A stretch of 64,000 nucleotides of DNA from a virus: the IMG/VR virus record IMGVR_UViG_3300021956_000001; one strand, given 5' to 3'. The notes below the pieces were generated by a model. That model was not told the origin of the DNA. It ran no database searches and was given only the letters and a program-made list of their open reading frames with translations. Positions 7,946 to 15,133 of the stretch are shown here, in pieces. The number at the start of each line of letters is the position of its first letter. The first letter of the stretch is position 1. Position numbers and translations under genes: made by a program.

Positions 7946-8680
7946 ATGAAAACATTTGTAATGGGAGATATCCATGGTAATCATAGAGCAATGTTACAAT
8001 GCTTTGAGAGAAGTGGATTTGACAAACAGAAAGACACACTTATACAATTAGGTGATGTAGCAGATGGATGGAGTGAAACTGCAGAATGTGTAGAAGAACT
8101 ATTATCCATCAAGAATCTAATTAGTATTAGAGGTAATCATGATGTATGGGTTAATGATTGGTTCCAAATGGGCCAAACACCTATATTATGGACAGAACAA
8201 GGTGGTAAAGCAACTATGGCTTCCTATGTAAGAACAGGATTGTTAGTAGATCAACATCATAAAGACTTCTGGAAAGACCAACAAGATTGGTATATAGATG
8301 ATCAGAATAGATTGTTTATACATGCTGGTTGGGATTATCATTATGAAGGACCATGGGAGAAACAAGCTGGTTTAAGAGTGAATGCTGGTACAACAGCAAG
8401 AGAATGTCATTGGGATAGAAGCCTTATACTTGGTGCTAGATCAGCATTTGGTAAGAAGAATAATCCTGCTGGTAAGTTTAAACCTCTTGAACAGTTTCAT
8501 GAAATCTATGTTGGACACACTGCTGATAACACAGGACCTCATCAATATGGTAATCTATGGAATCTTGATAGTGGAGCTGGTTGGACTGGTAAACTTACCA
8601 TCATGAACATAGATAGTAAAGAATATTGGCAAAGTGATTTCGCAACCTTATTATACCCAGAAGAAAATGGAAGACGATAA
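7946..8680 (+). CDS. calcineurin-like metallophosphoesterase (lambda-PPase/ApaH-type Ser/Thr phosphatase)
   Basis: Motifs GDIHGN, GDVADG, RGNHD, later HAG and GH. Confidence 0.85.
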   Translation: MKTFVMGDIHGNHRAMLQCFERSGFDKQKDTLIQLGDVADGWSETAECVEELLSIKNLISIRGNHDVWVNDWFQMGQTPILWTEQGGKATMASYVRTGLLVDQHHKDFWKDQQDWYIDDQNRLFIHAGWDYHYEGPWEKQAGLRVNAGTTARECHWDRSLILGARSAFGKKNNPAGKFKPLEQFHEIYVGHTADNTGPHQYGNLWNLDSGAGWTGKLTIMNIDSKEYWQSDFATLLYPEENGRR

Positions 8681-9080
8681 ACCAGAATACTTAGGATTCT
8701 TTAGTAAGTGGATTAAGCCAGTACATGAATCAAAGAAAAAAGCACAAGCTCAAGAAGAAGAAGAAGAAGAGCTAGCAGATAGAACTGATGAGTTAGCTGT
8801 GCGAATGGAACAAGATGAAATAAGACGTAAACTAAAATTATCTATATCACAAAGTATGTTTATGTTCAACTCTACACCACCAACTCCTAATGGATATATT
8901 TATGGAGCAGATGCAATTTCTGAAGAAGTAAGACCTGAACCAATTGATATGACTCAATACATCCATAAAGATGAAATGGTTCAGATATTATTAGATTCAA
9001 GACATGCTATGTTTAATGATAGAATTCCATCAGTATTAGAAGTGTTGGAATGGATAGATCAACGTGAAAGAAAAAAATGA
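8667..9080 (+). CDS. hypothetical acidic protein
   Basis: Start moved to internal ATG 8667 (MEDDKPEYLG..), 14-nt overlap with phosphatase; the track start 8634 would overlap 47 nt. Confidence 0.5.
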   Translation: MEDDKPEYLGFFSKWIKPVHESKKKAQAQEEEEEELADRTDELAVRMEQDEIRRKLKLSISQSMFMFNSTPPTPNGYIYGADAISEEVRPEPIDMTQYIHKDEMVQILLDSRHAMFNDRIPSVLEVLEWIDQRERKK

Positions 9081-9364
9081 ATACGCAAAGAGAACTAGAG
9101 ATTAGAGCTATACACATTATATATACCAAATTATACAAGAATGCATATCCTTCAGCTGATTATGAAAGATTAGTTCAGAATGCAATTGTAAAAGATGGTA
9201 AAAAGCTCATTAAAAGTAAAGCATATACAATATCGGAAGCAAAATTTAACAAGATTGTTGATCAAGAACTCGATTGGGGGAACTTCAGCAATCTATCAAG
9301 AACAATTATTAAACAGACAATCATCGAAGGGTGTTGTCCTAAAATCGAAGAGACATGCAAATAG
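9077..9364 (+). CDS. hypothetical protein (95 aa)
   Basis: ATGA overlap with upstream stop. Confidence 0.55.
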   Translation: MNTQRELEIRAIHIIYTKLYKNAYPSADYERLVQNAIVKDGKKLIKSKAYTISEAKFNKIVDQELDWGNFSNLSRTIIKQTIIEGCCPKIEETCK

Positions 9365-9588
9365 TAAACGGAAAATGGGTAGACAAATTTGAAAACCCAG
9401 TAGATCATTTTAATGTAAGTGAATTAGTTGAGATTTCAGACCATGTAACAGCGTTATATGGTAAAGACATCACCTATGAGAGAATTAAGCTTGTAGGATC
9501 ATTAAAATCACTTAATTCAAAGCAAGAAAGCATTATTGCTGACTTGTTACAAGACCATTCACTAATTTCTAAACTAGCAGGATATTAA
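9355..9588 (+). CDS. hypothetical protein (77 aa)
   Basis: ATG ORF, short overlap with upstream gene. Confidence 0.5.
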   Translation: MQIVNGKWVDKFENPVDHFNVSELVEISDHVTALYGKDITYERIKLVGSLKSLNSKQESIIADLLQDHSLISKLAGY

Positions 9589-9590
9589 TC

Positions 9591-9752
9591 ATGAGAAATA
9601 TTAAATCATTAACAAGATTATTACAAATATGCTTGTTAGCATACGGATGTTATTTATTAGACCAAGGATCAATAGGATTTGGTCTATTCCAGGTATTATT
9701 AAACGGAATGAGTTTACATGCTCAATTCATAAATATTTATAAAGATGAGTAA
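9591..9752 (+). CDS. hypothetical small membrane protein (53 aa, below cutoff)
   Basis: Hand translation MRNIKSLTRLLQICLLAYGCYLLDQGSIGFGLFQVLLNGMSLHAQFINIYKDE. Confidence 0.35.
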   Translation: MRNIKSLTRLLQICLLAYGCYLLDQGSIGFGLFQVLLNGMSLHAQFINIYKDE

Positions 9753-10077
9753 GTATTATATACTAGAGGATAAAACACCTGTCCAAGTGGCAGGTGTTAA
9801 AGAATGGGCTGAGAAATTTCAAGGTACTAGATCTGTAGATAGAGATACATTTGGTAAAGTGTTAGTATCTACAGTGTTTTTAGGGATAGATCATTCTTGG
9901 GATGGTGGTAAACCATTATTGTTTGAGACAATGATATTTGGTGGTAAACATGATGAATATCAAATGAGATGTTCTACATGGGATGAAGCTATTGAGCAAC
10001 ATGAAGAAGCTTGTAAACTTGTAAGTAATAAATTTGTATTATGGTTAAGAAGAAAATTAAAGACTATGAAGATCTAA
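9745..10077 (+). CDS. hypothetical protein (110 aa)
   Basis: ATG ORF; motif VSTVFLGIDHSW..PLLFETMIFGG recalls a widespread phage family of unknown function (from memory only). Confidence 0.6.
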   Translation: MSKYYILEDKTPVQVAGVKEWAEKFQGTRSVDRDTFGKVLVSTVFLGIDHSWDGGKPLLFETMIFGGKHDEYQMRCSTWDEAIEQHEEACKLVSNKFVLWLRRKLKTMKI

Positions 10078-10325
10078 TAGGGAAAGAAGCTTATGGATTT
10101 AAGTTTACAAGTGTTACTGGTCCTAATTTTGTTCCTGAGATGAAAAATTATATAGGTAAAGTGGGAACCATTGAAGATGTAAGTAAAGGTTCTCTAAATT
10201 TACTTGCAAAACTTCGTTTTGATGATGGTGAATATTGGCATTATCCAGCTTCTCAAGTGAAACATCATTTAGTTCCTCCTATAGACATTAATGAATTGTT
10301 TAATGAAATTAGTAAGATATGTTAA
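10041..10325 (+). CDS. tandem family member 1
   Basis: ..YEDLIGKEAYGFKF..NYIGKVGTIEDV..YWHYPASQV..IDINELFNEISKIC. Confidence 0.65.
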   Translation: MVKKKIKDYEDLIGKEAYGFKFTSVTGPNFVPEMKNYIGKVGTIEDVSKGSLNLLAKLRFDDGEYWHYPASQVKHHLVPPIDINELFNEISKIC

Positions 10326-10597
10326 AGTATAAAGAACTTATAGGTCAAACTATTGAAGGATTTAAGTTTGATGGAAAAAAATATAATTGTGGATATGGTG
10401 TTAATATGGATAATTATATTGGTAAAGAAGGAGTTATTGAAAGTTTTACTGATGGTTCTAGTGATAGAGAGACACATTTCACTATCCGATTTCTTAATGG
10501 TAATACTTATTTATATCCAGCACATCTTGTATTAGAATATCATATACCAGATATTCCATTAGAAGAATTATTTTATAAAATCAGTAAGATATGTTAG
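10319..10597 (+). CDS. tandem family member 2
   Basis: ..YKELIGQTIEGFKF..NYIGKEGVIESF..YLYPAHLV..LEELFYKISKIC; ATGTTAA overlap. Confidence 0.65.
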   Translation: MLKYKELIGQTIEGFKFDGKKYNCGYGVNMDNYIGKEGVIESFTDGSSDRETHFTIRFLNGNTYLYPAHLVLEYHIPDIPLEELFYKISKIC

Positions 10598-10854
10598 CAA
10601 AAGAAGAATATATAGGAGTGACTGTAGAAGGATTTTACTTTGATCGTAATGAAAATGTTTCTCATACTCCTGGTATGAATAGACATATAGGTAAGCCAGG
10701 TGAAATTGTAGGAATTGGTCCATCAAAAAAAACATATAGCCTGAGATTTCAAGATCGTTCACAGTATAATTATCCAGCTGATAAAATTCATGAAATGTTT
10801 CCTCAAACATCTATAGATTTAAAATCATTGTTTAACCAAATACAGAAATTATGA
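10591..10854 (+). CDS. tandem family member 3
   Basis: ..EEYIGVTVEGFYF..RHIGKPGEIVGI..YNYPADKI..IDLKSLFNQIQKL. Confidence 0.65.
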   Translation: MLAKEEYIGVTVEGFYFDRNENVSHTPGMNRHIGKPGEIVGIGPSKKTYSLRFQDRSQYNYPADKIHEMFPQTSIDLKSLFNQIQKL

Positions 10855-11126
10855 AAGACATGCAAGAATATGTAGGACAAGAAATTATAGGATTTGAGTT
10901 TAAGGATACAACATATATAGATTATGGTTGTGAACATGAAAATTATGTTGGTGTTCTTGGTACAATAGTAGAAGTTGAAGAAGATAATGATGATGGAGAT
11001 TATTCTTGTAGAGTTCAATTTCCTAATAATGAAGAAGGTGAATGGTATCCAATGGATAATATAGATAATCATATTGTTAACCCTGTAGATTTAAATCAAT
11101 TATTTAAAGACATTAGTAGGATATGA
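10851..11126 (+). CDS. tandem family member 4
   Basis: ..QEYVGQEIIGFEF..NYVGVLGTIVEV..EWYPMDNI..VDLNQLFKDISRI; ATGA overlap. Confidence 0.65.
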   Translation: MKDMQEYVGQEIIGFEFKDTTYIDYGCEHENYVGVLGTIVEVEEDNDDGDYSCRVQFPNNEEGEWYPMDNIDNHIVNPVDLNQLFKDISRI

Positions 11127-11410
11127 AATACGCAAAAATCGATTACGAAAAAATCAATAAAGAACTAAAAGCTAAAAAAGTTTATGGTTTTGAATTTAAA
11201 GGTTTTGGTGCTACAGATGACATGAAGAAATATGTTGGAAAAATAGGTGAGATACGTGAGCTTCATGGTACACATCCTGAATATACAAAAGTTGTTTTTC
11301 ATGAAGAAGCAAGACAATACTACTATCCAACCAAAGAACTTGAAGACCATTTAGTAGATGTAGAGCCTGTAGATCTCGATAAGTTGTTTAATGAAATTAG
11401 TAGATTATGA
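11123..11410 (+). CDS. tandem family member 5
   Basis: ..KKVYGFEFKG..KYVGKIGEIREL..YYYPTKEL..VDLDKLFNEISRL; ATGA overlap. Confidence 0.65.
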   Translation: MKYAKIDYEKINKELKAKKVYGFEFKGFGATDDMKKYVGKIGEIRELHGTHPEYTKVVFHEEARQYYYPTKELEDHLVDVEPVDLDKLFNEISRL

Positions 11411-11682
11411 AAGATGAAGATATCATAGGAGAAGAGTTTGAAGGTGTCATGTTTAAAGATCTTGGTATATTATATTATAGTAGTCATCATTGTGAATTTT
11501 TAGGAAAGATTGGTATTGTAGAAAAACTACATTATAAATTACCATACTGTAAAGTAATATTTAAAGTAAGTGATGATGTTTCAACAGAACTTTGGTATCC
11601 AACAGAAGTAGTAAGAGAACAAATACAAAATAAAGTACCTATAGATCTAAACGAATTATTAACACAAATTAAATCCTTATAA
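11407..11682 (+). CDS. tandem family member 6
   Basis: ..EDIIGEEFEGVMF..EFLGKIGIVEKL..LWYPTEVV..IDLNELLTQIKSL; ATGA overlap. Confidence 0.65.
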   Translation: MKDEDIIGEEFEGVMFKDLGILYYSSHHCEFLGKIGIVEKLHYKLPYCKVIFKVSDDVSTELWYPTEVVREQIQNKVPIDLNELLTQIKSL

Positions 11683-11684
11683 CC

Positions 11685-12056
11685 ATGGAAAAAGAATTTA
11701 TACCATACGAACAAGCATTAAAACTTAAAGAATTAGGATTTGATGAAGAATGTTTTGGAATTTATGGAAAGAATGGAGAGGAATTATATAAGGTTGTAAA
11801 AGATAAATTTGATTCTATAGATGATTTACATTTCATAAAAGCACCACTTTACCAACAAGCATTTAGATGGTTTAGAGAGAAGTACGGTTATGATGTGACA
11901 ATTAAAAAATGTACACCAAGTGAATATAAGTTTGAAATCGAACAATTATTTGTCAAGGGGGATAGTTACTATTTTATCGATTTCCCGTTCACATCCTACG
12001 AAGAAGCAGAACTTGAATGTCTTAAAAAACTAATAGAATTATGCAAGAACAACTAA
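11685..12056 (+). CDS. hypothetical protein, paralogue of 12041..12355
   Basis: N-terminus IPYEQALKLKELGFDE resembles ITFETAKLASEKGYS; both end in E-A-x-x-x-x-L-x-x-L-I-E. Confidence 0.6.
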   Translation: MEKEFIPYEQALKLKELGFDEECFGIYGKNGEELYKVVKDKFDSIDDLHFIKAPLYQQAFRWFREKYGYDVTIKKCTPSEYKFEIEQLFVKGDSYYFIDFPFTSYEEAELECLKKLIELCKNN

Positions 12057-12355
12057 TAACATTTGAAACAGCTAAGTTAGCTAGTGAAAAAGGGTATTCA
12101 CCTATTTTATTAGGTGAAGTATTTAGAAAAAGCCTACCAACTCAATCACTTCTTCAAAAATGGTTAAGAGAAGTTCATAATATTCATATTGACATCCCTT
12201 ATATGGATGAAGTGCTAATATTTGGATATAAAATAACTACAATAGCCAATAATACAGAAGTTGTTGAAATATATAAATACAACTTGTATGAAGAAGCATT
12301 GGAGATTGGATTACAAGAAGCACTTAAACTAATAGAAATTGTTAAAAACAAATAA
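12041..12355 (+). CDS. hypothetical protein, paralogue of 11685..12056
   Basis: See 11685..12056; ends ..VKNK* in AAAAACAAATAA motif. Confidence 0.55.
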   Translation: MQEQLITFETAKLASEKGYSPILLGEVFRKSLPTQSLLQKWLREVHNIHIDIPYMDEVLIFGYKITTIANNTEVVEIYKYNLYEEALEIGLQEALKLIEIVKNK

Positions 12356-12357
12356 CC

Positions 12358-12675
12358 ATGGAAGAACAAGAAAACATGATATTCATCAATGGAATGCATG
12401 AATACGATTATGAAAAGACATCAAATGGTCTGATCACAACACACAGTCTTTATTATGCTAACGCTGAAGTTTGGAATTCAGAGATTAGAGGAACACTAGC
12501 TGCTACAATAAAAGATGATGGTGATGGATATGAGCTCACAGGTAATGCTAAACCTAGTAAGAAAGGTGAGATCGATTATCATTATGCTCAACAGTTAGAA
12601 ATCTTATTAAGACTTGCTGATCTCAAAACACCAAATGTTTATGAGATGTCACAACAGTCAAAAATAGAATTCTAA
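12358..12675 (+). CDS. hypothetical protein (105 aa)
   Basis: ATG ORF, compact spacing. Confidence 0.55.
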   Translation: MEEQENMIFINGMHEYDYEKTSNGLITTHSLYYANAEVWNSEIRGTLAATIKDDGDGYELTGNAKPSKKGEIDYHYAQQLEILLRLADLKTPNVYEMSQQSKIEF

Positions 12676-13154
12676 TGTATTATCCAGCAGAACTTGTATA
12701 CAAAAACTACATGCCAGATGAATTAACTTCTGGCATGTTGTTTATGAAGATTCTTCATCCAGGAACTGTAAAAGAACTTGTAGAGCTATGGACACTAGAC
12801 AGAGTGCCACAAGATAAGGATAAGTTCTTATCAGAAAATGGTGCACCAGTAGAACTATTCATCATAGATGAAGAAGGTGATGTACTAGCTGAACCAGAAG
12901 AGATAGCTTGGTTTGATCTTGGAGAAGCATTTATGACATTAACAGACATTAGTCTTAAAGAACTAAACATAATTCTTAACGAACATGATGGATTAGTTGA
13001 AATAGAGATTAATGATGAAGACTATGAAGAGGGATATGTAAGCCCTACATTACAAATGAACAAGGTGACACTTAGGTTTCTTACAGATTATGATGAGGAA
13101 GAAGATGACCTTAGTGATTGGAATGTAACACTTAACGATGGATTAGAAGAATAA
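12675..13154 (+). CDS. hypothetical strongly acidic protein (159 aa)
   Basis: TAATG overlap; long D/E runs (DEEGDVLAEPEE, NDEDYEE, DYDEEEDDLSD). Confidence 0.6.
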   Translation: MYYPAELVYKNYMPDELTSGMLFMKILHPGTVKELVELWTLDRVPQDKDKFLSENGAPVELFIIDEEGDVLAEPEEIAWFDLGEAFMTLTDISLKELNIILNEHDGLVEIEINDEDYEEGYVSPTLQMNKVTLRFLTDYDEEEDDLSDWNVTLNDGLEE

Positions 13155-13181
13155 AATAATAAAATAATTAAATAATTAATT

Positions 13182-13517
13182 ATGGCTACAGTAAAAAAAT
13201 ATAAATATAAAGGTATTGATATAAAAATAGAAGTGTATGATGATGGATTCTTTCATGGTTATGCCTTAGATATTTTATCTACATCAAATAAAGATAAAGA
13301 TGCAAATCTTTCTAATGGTTATCCAACAATGGACAGAGCTATGGTAGATATTGAGTATAAAGTAGACAAGTTCTTATGTACAACTCCCAAAACATATGCA
13401 GAACTAGCTGATGCAATCACTGGATCTTTAGTATGGACAGGTTATGAAGAAGCACATGCTGATGAATTCATTATCAAGACATTAGTAGAGAACTTTGTAA
13501 AAGCAAATAGCTTATGA
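13182..13517 (+). CDS. hypothetical protein (111 aa)
   Basis: ATG ORF. Confidence 0.55.
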   Translation: MATVKKYKYKGIDIKIEVYDDGFFHGYALDILSTSNKDKDANLSNGYPTMDRAMVDIEYKVDKFLCTTPKTYAELADAITGSLVWTGYEEAHADEFIIKTLVENFVKANSL

Positions 13518-13840
13518 ATAGAACAACTGAAATAACATTAGCTATGCAGCTGGTGTTAGAGCTTATGGATGACATAGGACTCAAAGGAAGAACAAAGCAA
13601 CTTGGTAACATGTTTGTCAAAGAGTTAGAAAAGACTGTTGAAGACAACTATAATAAGATGTACCAGAATGACCCACAAGCTGCTATCAATGTAATGAATT
13701 CAAAACATAGATTGATAAGCCAGATATCAGAGATGAATGAACCAGATGCAATTATGCTATCTGATCTAATTAATCATTACGTTGAAAACATAGAAGAATT
13801 TAGAGAAAAGAAAGTTACATATTTTACAGAGCTCCTATAA
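13514..13840 (+). CDS. hypothetical protein (108 aa)
   Basis: ATGA overlap. Confidence 0.55.
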   Translation: MNRTTEITLAMQLVLELMDDIGLKGRTKQLGNMFVKELEKTVEDNYNKMYQNDPQAAINVMNSKHRLISQISEMNEPDAIMLSDLINHYVENIEEFREKKVTYFTELL

Positions 13841-13852
13841 AACTAGAAAGAC

Positions 13853-14398
13853 ATGGCTGAAAGAAAGAAAACATACGTTGATTCATACAACAAGAAAATA
13901 GTGAGAGAGTTTATTCTCCAAAGATTTCAATTTGAATCAATTGTTGGACTTGCTGGTCCAGATATTAATGACTATTTACATCACTTAGAAACAAAAGGAT
14001 GTAAAGAGTTTGAGATATATGAGAACAATTCGATGGTTGCATTACAGCAACTAGCTAAAGTTAAAACAAAGTCCAAATTATCTATTGTCTGTGGAGACAT
14101 TCTTGATGCAAATCCTTATAAGCCTAATACATTATTCGATCTTGATTTTTGTGCTTCTGTAAGATTTTTACAAGAGCACATTGCAAAATTTAAAGACAAT
14201 TTCATAATGACCTTTAGCACAAGAATAGGCCTACAGGAAACAATAGATACATTTTTTAAAGCAAGAAAAGAAACTGTGTTGAAAGAGGAGAATATTAATT
14301 ATCCTCTTCCACATACAGTGTATACAACAGAAAATGGAAACTATTTATTTATCAAGTATTTCGACACATCAGCAATGTGTTGTTTTGCTAAAATCTAG
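13853..14398 (+). CDS. hypothetical protein; weak Rossmann/SAM-methyltransferase-like pattern
   Basis: IVGLAGPD (motif I-like), FEIYEN, CGDILD, LFDLDFC; weak pattern match only. Confidence 0.5.
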   Translation: MAERKKTYVDSYNKKIVREFILQRFQFESIVGLAGPDINDYLHHLETKGCKEFEIYENNSMVALQQLAKVKTKSKLSIVCGDILDANPYKPNTLFDLDFCASVRFLQEHIAKFKDNFIMTFSTRIGLQETIDTFFKARKETVLKEENINYPLPHTVYTTENGNYLFIKYFDTSAMCCFAKI

Positions 14399-14403
14399 AA
14401 AAC

Positions 14404-15060
14404 ATGGAAATTTTAACATTAGAACAATCAGATTATTATAAAGCTTGTATTTTTAGATCAAAACTTAATAAAAAATTATTTTTTGAAGAATTACCAGACT
14501 TATTTACTTTAAAAGAAGCTCTTGCTATAGGTGAAAAATTTTACATGAAAGCAAGAACAGTTAGTGAATTATTAAGTACATGCACACCTTATTTATTAAT
14601 GCAACCAGCTTTTGGATTATACGAAAAAATAAAAGTGTCTTCATATAGTGAAACTAATGAATCTTTTGATATACCAGAAACACGTAGAATGAAAAAAACA
14701 AACCGTATGCACCAAATAAAGTTTTATACAAAAAAGGAAATTGATGAAATGGTATCATTAATTAAAGATCCAACAGTTAATATACATAATGTTAGTTTAG
14801 AATTAGCAAAAAAACATGAAAGAAGTCATGAAGCAGTTAAACTTAAAATGTATCAATTAAAAAGAAAACTAGAAACTGGAAAAGAATTAAAAACAAAATC
14901 AACTACTGAACCAAAGAAAAATGTTAAACCAGAACCTGTAGTAAAAAAAGAGCAACAACAACCTGCAGATATAGGTGTAGATGTTCCACATGGTATGACA
15001 TTTGAAGGTAAACCAAAACGTATCACATTACATTCTGATCACTTCAGAATTTATTTTTAA
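14404..15060 (+). CDS. hypothetical protein (218 aa), Lys-rich C-terminal half
   Basis: ATG ORF followed by terminator at 15071. Confidence 0.55.
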   Translation: MEILTLEQSDYYKACIFRSKLNKKLFFEELPDLFTLKEALAIGEKFYMKARTVSELLSTCTPYLLMQPAFGLYEKIKVSSYSETNESFDIPETRRMKKTNRMHQIKFYTKKEIDEMVSLIKDPTVNIHNVSLELAKKHERSHEAVKLKMYQLKRKLETGKELKTKSTTEPKKNVKPEPVVKKEQQQPADIGVDVPHGMTFEGKPKRITLHSDHFRIYF

Positions 15061-15070
15061 CAAAAATAAT

Positions 15071-15100
15071 TAGAGGCACTTATTGTGTCTCTAATTTTTT
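15071..15100 (+). terminator. rho-independent terminator
   Basis: TAGAGGCAC / GTGTCTCTA stem (one G:U), loop TTATT, then TTTTTT. Confidence 0.65.
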
Positions 15101-15104
15101 AGAT

Positions 15105-15112
15105 TATCTTTG
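15105..15112 (+). promoter_or_regulatory. Bacteroidota-type -7 box TATCTTTG
   Basis: Matches TAnnTTTG, 22 nt upstream of the polymerase ATG and just after a terminator. Confidence 0.45.
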
Positions 15113-15133
15113 TAAGTTCAAACCACAACGCAT

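Larger units (their letters stand above)
10041..11682 (+). repeat. tandem array of six paralogous ~90-aa genes
   Basis: Six head-to-tail ORFs of 87-95 aa with overlapping stop/start and shared motifs (G-F-x-F; Y-[IV]-G-K-x-G; Y-P; C-terminal D-L-x-x-L-F-x-x-I-S-[KR]-[IL]). Confidence 0.85.

Noticed and set aside
8382-10535. Nested plus-strand alternate-frame ORFs 8382..8606, 9195..9392 and 10353..10535
   Set aside because: They are embedded in better-supported genes (phosphatase motifs; paralogue family), and there is no independent support.
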